This document shows positions 1-7,788 of a stretch of DNA of 24,000 nt, piece after piece (position 1 is the stretch's first letter; each line of letters starts with the position of its first letter). This DNA comes from Epidermidibacterium keratini (GTDB lineage: Bacteria > Actinomycetota > Actinomycetes > Mycobacteriales > Antricoccaceae): positions 2,850,067-2,874,066 of the forward strand of contig NZ_CP047156.1 of NCBI RefSeq assembly GCF_009834025.1. The letters run 5' to 3'. The position numbers and the translations under genes were made by a program. The notes beneath the pieces are model-generated. The model saw nothing but the letters and a program-made list of their open reading frames with translations, was not told the origin of the DNA and did not search any database.

Positions 1-612
1 GTGCCCGAGCCTCGCCACTACTTCTCGCCCGACCCCGGCGTGGCCAGCGACCCGCGCGAGGTCGACGTACTGCTTGATGATGTGACGCTTACGTTGACCA
101 GCGACGCCGGGGTGTTTTCGCACGGCAAGCTGGACCGGGCGACGCGCATCCTGCTGGAGACCGCGCCGCCGCCTCCGCCGTTGGGGACGTTGCTCGACCT
201 CGGCAGTGGCTATGGGCCGATCGCGCTCACGCTCGCGTCCCGGTCGCCCAACGCGCGGGTGGTGGCGGTCGACGTCAACGAGCGGGCCGTGGAGTTGACA
301 CGGGCCAACGCCGAGCGCAACGGGCTTGCCAACGTGACCGCTTTAAGCCCCGGCGATGCTGATGACATCGCTGATATTGCCGCGATCTACTCCAACCCGC
401 CGATCAGGATCGGCAAGCGGGCGCTGCACGAGCTGTTGCAGCAGTGGCTGCCTCGGCTGGCGCCTGGGGGAGCGGCGTATCTCGTGGTCGGCAAGAACCT
501 CGGCGCTGACTCGCTCGCGTCGTGGCTTCGCGAGCAGGGGTACGACGTACTCCGGCTCGCCTCGCGAGGAAGCTTCCGGGTGCTAGAGGTACGCCGAACG
601 GAGAGCGCATGA
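1..612 (+). CDS. Class I SAM-dependent methyltransferase with small MTS-type domain (RsmC/RlmG-like rRNA guanine-N2 methyltransferase family)
   Basis: 203-codon ORF. It has the N-terminal HYF...GVFS...LD.AT..LLE pattern typical of this ~200-aa family, the SAM-binding LLDLGSGYGPIAL, VVAVDVN, and the catalytic-type YSNPPIRIGK motif. The stop TGA (610-612) overlaps the next gene's ATG (609-611). The ORF begins at base 1 (GTG), so the true start could lie just outside the window. Confidence 0.75.
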   Translation: MPEPRHYFSPDPGVASDPREVDVLLDDVTLTLTSDAGVFSHGKLDRATRILLETAPPPPPLGTLLDLGSGYGPIALTLASRSPNARVVAVDVNERAVELTRANAERNGLANVTALSPGDADDIADIAAIYSNPPIRIGKRALHELLQQWLPRLAPGGAAYLVVGKNLGADSLASWLREQGYDVLRLASRGSFRVLEVRRTESA

Positions 613-1163
613 GCCAGTTACGCGGGACCGAGCTGAAACGGCTGCATCGCGGGTGGAAGCGCTCCGACCCGCCGTCGCTGGCGTTGATCTTGGAGTCGGT
701 CGCATCGCCATGGAACGTCGGCGCGCTGGTGCGGACCGCAGCGGCTCTCGGCGTCGATCAGCTCTATCTAGTTGGCGACACGGCGTCGCCGCGCTCGCCG
801 AAGACGCAGAAGACCGCGCTCGGCACCGACCGCTACCTACGCTGGAGCGAGTACGCCGACGGCCCGGCCGCGATCGCTGCGGCGCAGGCCGATGGCTACT
901 TCGTCGTGGCCGTCGAGCTCGCCAGCGAGGCGGTGCCGATGCATCTGCTGGAGCTGGACCGGCCGGTCGCGTTGCTGCTCGGGCATGAGGACCGCGGCGT
1001 GACGGCAGCGTCACTGGAGGCCGCCGACGCGGTCGGGTTCTTGCCGCAGGTGGGCAAGGTCGGCTCGCTCAACGTCGCGACCGCCGCCTCGATCGCGATG
1101 TACGAGGCGCGCCGCCAGCACTGGGCCGCCCTGCCTGAGCCTCCCAGTCCCGCTGGTTCCTGA
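609..1163 (+). CDS. TrmH/SpoU family RNA 2'-O-methyltransferase
   Basis: SpoU-type motifs are present: NVGALVRTAAALGV, LLLGHEDRGV and IPQ-like LPQVGKVGSLNVATAASIAMYE (trefoil-knot region). I chose ATG 609, which forms an ATGA overlap with the upstream stop, rather than the track's upstream start at 522, because 522-608 overlaps the preceding CDS. Confidence 0.8.
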   Translation: MSQLRGTELKRLHRGWKRSDPPSLALILESVASPWNVGALVRTAAALGVDQLYLVGDTASPRSPKTQKTALGTDRYLRWSEYADGPAAIAAAQADGYFVVAVELASEAVPMHLLELDRPVALLLGHEDRGVTAASLEAADAVGFLPQVGKVGSLNVATAASIAMYEARRQHWAALPEPPSPAGS

Positions 1164-1164
1164 G

Positions 1165-1761
1165 ATGCCCACACCCGAGGACATCACGCAGCACCACGAT
1201 GAGCCCGCGGTAGATCCTTGGGTCGGAGCGCCGCCGGTGGCTGAACCCATCGTGATCACTGAGTACGACGCGCGGTGGCCCGCGACGTTCGAGGCGGTTG
1301 AGGCCCGCATCCGAAATGCTCTTGGCAGTAAGGCTTTGCAAATCGAGCATGTCGGCTCGACGTCTGTGCCCGGGCTGGCTGCTAAGCCGGTCATCGACGT
1401 CGACGTGGTTGTCGCGGACTCGGCCCATGAGGCGGCGTACGTCCCGGCGCTCGAAGACTTCGGCTTTGCGCTACGGGTACGCGAGCCACAGTGGCACGAG
1501 CACCGCATGTTGCGCGGCGAAGATCCGCCGGTGAACCTGCACGTTTTTTCACCGGACTGTCCAGAGGTCATCCGCCATGTGATGTTTCGCGATTGGCTGC
1601 GCGAGCACCCTGACGACCGGGCGTCGTACGCCGAGATCAAGCGTGCGGCGGCTGCGGAGACCACAAGCGCAGGTGGCGTCGTGATGGACTACAACCGCCG
1701 CAAAGAGGCGGTCGTGCGCGAGATCTATGACCGGATGTTCACCGCTCACGGCCTGCGGTGA
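1165..1761 (+). CDS. GrpB family protein (UPF0157, nucleotidyltransferase-fold)
   Basis: 198 aa. It carries the hallmark IEHVGSTSVPGLAAKPVIDVDVVV and, later, RDWLREHPDDRASYAEIK, both characteristic of GrpB. The ATG lies 1 nt after the upstream stop. Confidence 0.8.
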   Translation: MPTPEDITQHHDEPAVDPWVGAPPVAEPIVITEYDARWPATFEAVEARIRNALGSKALQIEHVGSTSVPGLAAKPVIDVDVVVADSAHEAAYVPALEDFGFALRVREPQWHEHRMLRGEDPPVNLHVFSPDCPEVIRHVMFRDWLREHPDDRASYAEIKRAAAAETTSAGGVVMDYNRRKEAVVREIYDRMFTAHGLR

Positions 1762-1781
1762 CGCTAGGTGACCCGAGAGGC

Positions 1782-2822
1782 TTACTCGCGGCCGGCGGAG
1801 ATCCAGTCGTCGCTGACGAAGGTCAGGTTGCGCGTGCCGGCGACCTGGTCGGCGACCGCGTCGAGCCGCGCGAGCTGGTCGTCACTGAGCACAAGTGCTG
1901 CGGCACCGGCATTCTCAGTGACCCGTTGCGGGCTGCGCGTGCCGGGAATCGGCACGACCGGCAGTCCCAGTCGGCGGCCCTGAGCGAGCAGCCAGGACAG
2001 CGCAACCTGCGCCGCCGTCGCGTCGCGCTCGGAGGCGACCTGCTCAATGACCGCGACCGCGCGCATGTTGACGTCATAGTTCTCGCCGTCGAAGCGCTCC
2101 TGGCCGGCGCGCACGTCGCTCGCGATCTGCTCGCGGGTCAGCTTGCCGGTCAAAAACCCACGCCCGAGCGGGGAGTAGGGCACGAATCCCACGCCCAGCT
2201 CCACGCACGTCGGCACGACGTTGCGCTCGACATCACGCGACCACAGCGACCACTCGCTTTGCACGGCGGCGATGGGGTGTACGCCGTGCGCCGCCCGCAG
2301 CTCAGGTCCGGTCACCTCGCTGAGTCCGAGATGGCGCACCTTGCCTTCGTCGACCAGCTCAGCCATCGCGCCGACGGTCTCCTCGATCGGTATGTCGAGA
2401 TCGCGGCGGTGCATGTAGTAGAGATCGATCACGTCGGTGCCCAGGCGTCGCAGCGACGCCTCGCACGCCGAGCGCACGTAGTCGCGGTCTCCCTGAGTCG
2501 TCTTTGCGTCTAGCTGCTCGCCGCCGAGCCGGCCGGTGATGCCGAACTTCGTCGCGAGCTGTATGTCGTCACGCCGCGTTGCCAGCAGCCCCGCGAGCAG
2601 CTCCTCGTTGGTGCCCGCCGGGCCGTCGGTGCCGGGCCGCGGCTGCCCGTAGACGTCGGCCGTATCGATGAAGCTCACGCCCACATCAAGGCAGTGCTCC
2701 AGCGTGCGCGGCGCCTGCTCGGGGTCGGTCTCTCCGTACACGTGGCTCAGCGCCATCGCGCCGAAACCGATCGCGCTCACCTCAAAACCAGGGACCAGCT
2801 CGGTCCGCGACATCTCACTCAT
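1782..2822 (-). CDS. Aldo/keto reductase (NAD(P)H-dependent oxidoreductase)
   Basis: 346 aa. Motifs: GFGAMALSHVYG, FIDTADVYG, DLYYMHRRD, GLSEV, PYSPLGRGFLTG and IPGTRSPQRVTEN. These include the canonical AKR catalytic Tyr/Lys/His context. The start overlaps the merR-like stop by 8 nt (ATGAGTGA). Confidence 0.9.
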   Translation of the reverse strand: MSEMSRTELVPGFEVSAIGFGAMALSHVYGETDPEQAPRTLEHCLDVGVSFIDTADVYGQPRPGTDGPAGTNEELLAGLLATRRDDIQLATKFGITGRLGGEQLDAKTTQGDRDYVRSACEASLRRLGTDVIDLYYMHRRDLDIPIEETVGAMAELVDEGKVRHLGLSEVTGPELRAAHGVHPIAAVQSEWSLWSRDVERNVVPTCVELGVGFVPYSPLGRGFLTGKLTREQIASDVRAGQERFDGENYDVNMRAVAVIEQVASERDATAAQVALSWLLAQGRRLGLPVVPIPGTRSPQRVTENAGAAALVLSDDQLARLDAVADQVAGTRNLTFVSDDWISAGRE

Positions 2823-3273
2823 TGTCGTCTTCCTCCATGCTCAGCCGGCGTTGCAGCCGGGCGGTCGCCTCGTCGACAGGGGCACCTTCGCAGTCCAGTC
2901 CGTCGTCGATCAGGCTTCGGTAGTGGGCGATCTTCGCCTCGATGGCATCCAGGTCGGCGAGCATCTCGCGCAGCCGCACGAGCACCTCCTCGCGGTGCTC
3001 GGTCAGCAGCGTCATGCGCTGCCCGTGGCTTACCGCGCCCTCGGCGACGAGCCGCACGAACTCGCGCATCGCCTTCACCGGCATGCCGGTACGGCGCAGC
3101 TTGACCAGCAACTCGACCATCCGGACGGATCGTTCGTCGTACACTCGGCGTCCTGCGCCGTCGCGGGGTACGGCGGGGATCAACCCCTCGGCCTCGTACC
3201 ACCGCAGCGTGTCTTTGCTCAGTCCGGTCTCGCGGGCCAGGTCGGCGATGCGAAGCGTTTCGGTGTCGTCCAT
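2815..3273 (-). CDS. MerR family transcriptional regulator
   Basis: The N-terminal LRIADLARETGLSKDTLRWYEAEGLI is a MerR wHTH, followed by a coiled-coil-like dimerisation helix. I chose ATG at 3273 (MDDTETLRI...). The track's TTG start at 3306 lies inside the operator palindrome. Confidence 0.85.
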   Translation of the reverse strand: MDDTETLRIADLARETGLSKDTLRWYEAEGLIPAVPRDGAGRRVYDERSVRMVELLVKLRRTGMPVKAMREFVRLVAEGAVSHGQRMTLLTEHREEVLVRLREMLADLDAIEAKIAHYRSLIDDGLDCEGAPVDEATARLQRRLSMEEDDNE

Positions 3274-3280
3274 GCGCTCA

Positions 3281-3311
3281 ACGCTAGGACTTGGAGTGCA
3301 CTCCAACGCAA
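3281..3311 (-). promoter_or_regulatory. MerR-type promoter: -35 TTGCGT, 19-nt spacer containing a perfect 16-bp palindrome, -10 TAGCGT
   Basis: The minus strand reads TTGCGT(3311-3306)-N19-TAGCGT(3286-3281)-N7-ATG(3273). The palindrome TTGGAGTGCACTCCAA occupies 3291-3306. An over-long 19-bp spacer carrying a dyad is the defining architecture of MerR-family promoters. Confidence 0.55.
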
Positions 3312-3339
3312 ATCAGCGCAGGTGCGATCTAGGCCACAC

Positions 3340-4893
3340 TCAGTTCCAGGTGGTCAGCCACATGCGCAACGCACGCTCGGCTTCGGTCAGCGGCGTGCCG
3401 TTGAGCACCGGCAGGAAGAAGCCGAACAGCACGATCACCAGCGCAAGGTAGATCGCCACGGCTCCGGCGCCGATCTGGCGTCGCTCGCGGGAGTCGCTCG
3501 GCTTGCCGAGCACGTCTTGCAGCGCAAGGCAGACCGCGATGATGAAGAACGGCACGACCGGCGCCATGTAGAACATGAACATCGTGCGCTCGGTGTCGAT
3601 GAACCACACGACCCACCCGGCGACGATGCCCGCGATCGCAGCGCCGGCCACCCAGTCGCGCCGGCTCAGTAGCCGCCAGATCGCCCACAGCAGCGCCGGA
3701 GCAAACGCCCACCACAGCGCCGGAGTGCCGATCATCGTGATCGTGCGGGTGAGGTTCTGACCGGCCTCGACGTACTGGTCGTTGACCATCAGCACCGGGC
3801 GCCCGCCGACGATCCACGACCAGGGGTGGGAGTCCCACGGGTGCGGGCTGGTCAGCGTCGTGTGGAAGCCCCACCACTCGACGTGCATGTGCCACAGCGC
3901 GCGGATCGCCTCGGGAATCCACGGCCACGCGGTGTCCCGGCCTTCGGCCCAGTGCCGTCCTTGCGCGGTTTCCCCGGCGTACCAGCCAATCCAGCTCACC
4001 AGGTAGGTCAGGATCGGGACGATGCCCAGGTCCCAGAACGCGGTCGGCAGCGAGCGGCGCAAGGCCACGAGGTACGGCGCCCGCAGTCCGACCAGGCGAT
4101 AGGCACCGACGTCCCACCACACGCACAGGATTGCAAATATGGCCAGGAAGTAGAGCCCGCTCCACTTGACCGAGCAGGCAAGCCCGAACGTGATGCCGGC
4201 GGCCAGGCGCCACCATCGAAATCCCAGACGCGGACCCCAGCGACCCCAGTGCTCGGAGCCGGCCGAGTACGCCGCCGCGAGGCGGGCGCGGAACTGGTCG
4301 CGGTCCAGCACCAGGAAGACGAAGCCGAGCAGCACCCAGAACTGCAGGTAGATGTCCAAGATCCCGGTGCGGCTGAGGGCAAACGAGAACCCATCGGCGG
4401 CAAGCAGGATCCCGGCGGCGAGTCCGATAAAGCTGGAGCGGGTGAGGCGGCGTACGACGAACATCAGCAGCAGGATCGCGCCGACCCCCATCGTGACGCC
4501 GGCGATCCGCCAGCCAAACGGCGTGTAGCCAAACAGCCACTCGCCGATCGCCAGGTTCCACTTGCCGAACGGCGGGTGGACGATGAAGTAGTAGGCGCGG
4601 TTTTCCTCGAAGCCGTAGCGCAGCATCTGCTCGGCCTCGGGCACGTAGTAGGCCTCATCGAAGACCAGCCGATCCGGCCAGCTTAGGTTGAGCATCCGCA
4701 CCAGGGCGGCGGCGCCGGCGATCAACACCGCGAACGCCCACATCAGCATGCTGTCGCGCGGCATCGGCGGGTTGAGGCGACGTACGACGGCTTCGCGTCG
4801 ACGCTGCTCCGCCTCGAGGACCGCATCGTCGGCGGGCTCGACCTCGGCGGGCTCGTCGCGCAAGGTGACTGCCGTGTCGTCCTTTACCGTCAC
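3340..4893 (-). CDS. pmt: Dolichyl/polyprenyl-phosphate-mannose--protein O-mannosyltransferase (GT39/GT-C, Pmt)
   Basis: A polytopic membrane protein with the loop-1 acidic motif VFDEAYYVPEAEQ and HPPFGKW, and many TM segments. It lies divergent from rsmI, as in mycobacteria. I chose GTG at 4893, preceded by GGGGGAAG. The track's start at 5205 would overlap rsmI. The start is uncertain. Confidence 0.8.
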   Translation of the reverse strand: MTVKDDTAVTLRDEPAEVEPADDAVLEAEQRRREAVVRRLNPPMPRDSMLMWAFAVLIAGAAALVRMLNLSWPDRLVFDEAYYVPEAEQMLRYGFEENRAYYFIVHPPFGKWNLAIGEWLFGYTPFGWRIAGVTMGVGAILLLMFVVRRLTRSSFIGLAAGILLAADGFSFALSRTGILDIYLQFWVLLGFVFLVLDRDQFRARLAAAYSAGSEHWGRWGPRLGFRWWRLAAGITFGLACSVKWSGLYFLAIFAILCVWWDVGAYRLVGLRAPYLVALRRSLPTAFWDLGIVPILTYLVSWIGWYAGETAQGRHWAEGRDTAWPWIPEAIRALWHMHVEWWGFHTTLTSPHPWDSHPWSWIVGGRPVLMVNDQYVEAGQNLTRTITMIGTPALWWAFAPALLWAIWRLLSRRDWVAGAAIAGIVAGWVVWFIDTERTMFMFYMAPVVPFFIIAVCLALQDVLGKPSDSRERRQIGAGAVAIYLALVIVLFGFFLPVLNGTPLTEAERALRMWLTTWN

Positions 4894-4944
4894 ACTTCCC
4901 CCGTGCGCGCATGGCAGGTGGTCGGGCAGGTCATTGCTCGATCG

Positions 4945-4950
4945 TAGGCT
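4945..4950 (+). promoter_or_regulatory. Candidate -10 element TAGGCT, 6 nt upstream of the rsmI GTG (leaderless-type promoter)
   Basis: TAGGCT(4945-4950)-gaggcg-GTG(4957) fits the actinobacterial TANNNT -10. On the opposite strand TACGAT (complement of 4941-4946) overlaps it and could serve pmt. Confidence 0.35.
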
Positions 4951-4956
4951 GAGGCG

Positions 4957-5850
4957 GTGAGCGAGCGAGAACGTGACCAGGAGATCGGCGCGGCGGGTGC
5001 GACGAGTGCGCCGTGGCCGGTGCCCGCGGGGACGCTGGTGCTGGCCGGTACGCCGCTGGGCAACCCCGGCGATGCGACCGACCGGCTGCGCTCCGCAATC
5101 GCTGACGCCGACGTGATCGCCGCGGAGGACACCCGGCGCCTCGGTCGGCTCGCCCGCGACCTCGGCGTGCGCTACGAAGGCCGCATCGTGTCCTACTACG
5201 AGCAAAACGAGGCCGACCGCACCCCCGAGCTGGTTGCTGCCCTGCGCGGCGGTTCCTCGGTGCTGCTGGTGACCGACGCCGGCATGCCGTCGGTGTCCGA
5301 CCCCGGATATCGCCTGGTCACCGCCGCGATCGAGGCGGGCGTGCCGGTGACCTGCCTGCCCGGACCGTCGGCGGTGACCGTCGCGTTAGCGCTCAGCGGG
5401 CTGCCCAGCGACCGGTTCTGCTTCGAGGGGTTCCTCGCGCGCAAACCGGGGGAGCGAGCCCGTCAGCTCGCCGAGCTCGCCACCGAACGCCGCACGATGG
5501 TCTTCTTCGAGGCGCCGCACCGGATCGCCGCGATGCTGGCCGCCGCCAGCGACGCCTTCGGCCCCGAGCGGCAAGCTGCGGTGTGCCGCGAGCTCACCAA
5601 GACCTATGAGGAGGTACGCCGCGGGACGCTTGACGAATTGCGCGAGTGGGCCGAGGGGGAGGTGCGCGGCGAGCTGACGATCGTGGTCGAAGGTGCCGCT
5701 CGGGTCGCGACCGCGTACTCCGATGACGAGCTGCGCGCCCTCGTGCAGGCCGAGGTCGACCGCGGCGCGCGCAAGTCCGATGCCGTGCGGCTGGTTGCCA
5801 CGACCACCGACCAGCCGCGCCGCCGGGTCTACGACGCCTATCACCGCTGA
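4957..5850 (+). CDS. rsmI: 16S rRNA (cytidine1402-2'-O)-methyltransferase RsmI
   Basis: Motifs: LVLAGTPLGNPGDAT, IAAEDTRR, SDAGMPSVSDPG and FEGFL..K, plus the tetrapyrrole-methylase fold pattern of RsmI. The start could instead be an internal GTG a few codons before LVLAGTP. Confidence 0.9.
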   Translation: MSERERDQEIGAAGATSAPWPVPAGTLVLAGTPLGNPGDATDRLRSAIADADVIAAEDTRRLGRLARDLGVRYEGRIVSYYEQNEADRTPELVAALRGGSSVLLVTDAGMPSVSDPGYRLVTAAIEAGVPVTCLPGPSAVTVALALSGLPSDRFCFEGFLARKPGERARQLAELATERRTMVFFEAPHRIAAMLAAASDAFGPERQAAVCRELTKTYEEVRRGTLDELREWAEGEVRGELTIVVEGAARVATAYSDDELRALVQAEVDRGARKSDAVRLVATTTDQPRRRVYDAYHR

Positions 5851-7193
5851 GTCGGGATCCGCGTCGCGACGATGATGCCGATCGCGATGATCGCGCTGAT
5901 CCCGGCAAAGCCGACCGCGGCGGGGCTCTGAGTGCTCGCGGTCAGGCTGACGAGTACGGCGAGCCCGATCGCGCCGCCGAGCTGCTGACCGGTGGTCGCG
6001 ATCCCGCCGACCGTGCCTTGCTCGTCATCGGCCGCGCCGGTCGATGCGGTCGCAAACATCGCGGTGAAGGTGATGCCCTGTCCGACGCTGAAGACGAACG
6101 CCAGCGCCAGCAATGCGATCCAGCCGATCGAGTCGGTCAGCGTGAGCGCGAGGACGAGGGTCCCGACGAGCCCGATGCCCTGACCGACGAGCATCGCGCG
6201 GCGCAGGCTCGATGTCGCAAGGCGGCCGCCGACCTGGGTGCCGATCAACACCGCCACGCACGGGACGACAAACGCAAGTCCCGTCTGCATCGCGCTGAGC
6301 CCGCGCACGTTTTGCAGATAGAGCGTCAGGAAGTAGGCGCTGGCCCCGAACCCGGCCATGAACAAGAAGGTCGAGGCGGTGCCGGTGGCCAGGTAGCGGT
6401 TGGTGAACCGGCGCAGGTCAAAGATCGGGTGGGCGGTTCGCCGCTCGACCGCGAGCAGCACGACGACAGCGACGACGAAGGCAGCAAGCGTGCCGATGGT
6501 CGCGGCGCTCGCCCAACCGTCCTGCGCGGCGAGGGTCAGGCCCAGGACGGCGAGTACGGCGCTCGCCGTTGTCAGCACCGCGCCCGGCAGGTCGAGGCGC
6601 TGCGGGGCCGGCCGCGGGTCGCGTGGGATGGAGGCCACTGCGAGCGCGATGACAACGGCGGCGAGCGGCAGGTTGACCAGGAAGACCGCGCGCCAGCCCC
6701 ATACGTCGGCGAGGACGCCGCCGAGGATCGAGCCGAGCACCATGCCGGACGAGCCGGCGGCACCCCAAATCCCGAGCGCGCGGTTGCGCTCGCGGCCTTC
6801 GGCAAAGGTCGCGCCGATCAGTGCCAGCGTCGCCGGGGCGAGCGTGGCGCCGCCGAGCCCCTAGATCGCGCGGCCACCGATGAGCATCGCTTCGTTGGCC
6901 GCGAGCCCGCCGATCACCGACCCGACGGCGTACAACGATGCTCCGGTCAGGAACATCCGGCGGCGACCCAGGTAGTCGACGAGCCGCCCGCCCAGCAGCA
7001 GGAAACCGCCGAAGCCGATCGCGTAGCTGCTGATCACCCACTGCAGCGCCGCGTCGCTAAAGCCGAGCTGCTGAATCTGCGGAAGGGCGACAAACACGAT
7101 GTTGTAGTCGATGCCGATCAGCATCTGGGCTAGGGCCACAGAGGCGAGCAGTACGCCGGTGTGCCGCACTGCAGCCGCGTGGGTGGTAGGCAT
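5841..7193 (-). pseudogene. MFS drug/metabolite transporter interrupted by one in-frame TAG (two ORF pieces, 6861-7193 and 5841-6743, in the same frame)
   Basis: Reading straight through gives ...LIGGRAI*GLGGATLAPATLALIGATFAEGRERNRALGIWGAAGSSGMVLGSILGG... The stop (6863-6861) sits where MFS proteins carry the conserved Gln of the R-x-x-Q-G-x-G motif, so the change is CAG to TAG. The Shine-Dalgarno sequence (GGAGA) and the ATG at 7193 are intact. Confidence 0.75.
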
Positions 7194-7209
7194 CAGCCAT
7201 CTCCAAGTA

Positions 7210-7238
7210 GTCCGAGTTTGAATATTACAAGTTCGGAC
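7210..7238. promoter_or_regulatory. Imperfect inverted repeat in the AT-rich MFS/MarR divergent region (candidate MarR operator)
   Basis: GTCCGAGTTTG(7210-7220)-aatatta-CAAGTTCGGAC(7228-7238) is symmetric at 9 of 11 positions. A third related half-site, CAAGTCGGA, lies at about 7244-7252. This is the only AT-rich patch in the area. Confidence 0.45.
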
Positions 7239-7263
7239 AATAACAAGTCGGAGTATCTGTGGC

Positions 7264-7269
7264 TAGACT
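7264..7269 (+). promoter_or_regulatory. Candidate -10 element TAGACT, 6 nt upstream of the marR-like GTG (leaderless-type)
   Basis: The sequence reads TAGACT(7264-7269)-tggggc-GTG(7276). Confidence 0.35.
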
Positions 7270-7275
7270 TGGGGC

Positions 7276-7734
7276 GTGGTGAAGTCTGAGGAATCTGCCG
7301 TCGACCTGGTGAGCCAGCAGGAGCTGTGCGGGCTGTTGGCGCGGCTTAACCAGCGCCTGGATCACCATGTGCGGCGGGTGGGAGAGCAGCTCGGAATTAC
7401 CAGCTCTCAGGTGGTCGCGTTGCGCGAGCTGTCCGAGCCGATGAAGCTCACCGAGCTGGCGACGCGGATGGCTTGTGAGACCTCCAACGCCGGCTATGTC
7501 GTCGACCGGATGACCGAGCAGGACCTCGTGACGCGTACGCCGCATCCGTCGGATCGGCGTGCGAAGATCCTCACCCTCACCAAAGCGGGGCAGCAGTGCC
7601 GAGCCAACGTGCTGGCCGCTCTGCAGCAGAACTCGCCGACCGCGGTGCTCAGCGCGAGCGACGCCGCGCAGCTGCGCGACCTGCTCGGCCGTGCAGTCGA
7701 CTCCGAGGCAGCAATCGGCTCCGCGAACGAATAG
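7276..7734 (+). CDS. MarR family transcriptional regulator
   Basis: 152 aa. It has the winged-HTH core SSQVVALRELSEPMKLTELATRMACETSNAGYVVDRMTEQDLVTRTPHPSDRRAKILTLTKAG. It lies divergent from the MFS gene. Confidence 0.85.
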   Translation: MVKSEESAVDLVSQQELCGLLARLNQRLDHHVRRVGEQLGITSSQVVALRELSEPMKLTELATRMACETSNAGYVVDRMTEQDLVTRTPHPSDRRAKILTLTKAGQQCRANVLAALQQNSPTAVLSASDAAQLRDLLGRAVDSEAAIGSANE

Positions 7735-7772
7735 GAGCGAAAGTCGTTGTGCTCAACGACTTTCGCTCCTAT
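7731..7772. terminator. Perfect 19-bp stem / 4-nt loop hairpin between the convergent marR-like and symporter genes
   Basis: ATAGGAGCGAAAGTCGTTG(7731-7749)-tgct-CAACGACTTTCGCTCCTAT(7754-7772). The marR stop TAG (7732-7734) is inside the left arm. There is no flanking U/T tract on either strand. Confidence 0.55.
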
Positions 7773-7788
7773 CTAAGCGATGTGTGCC

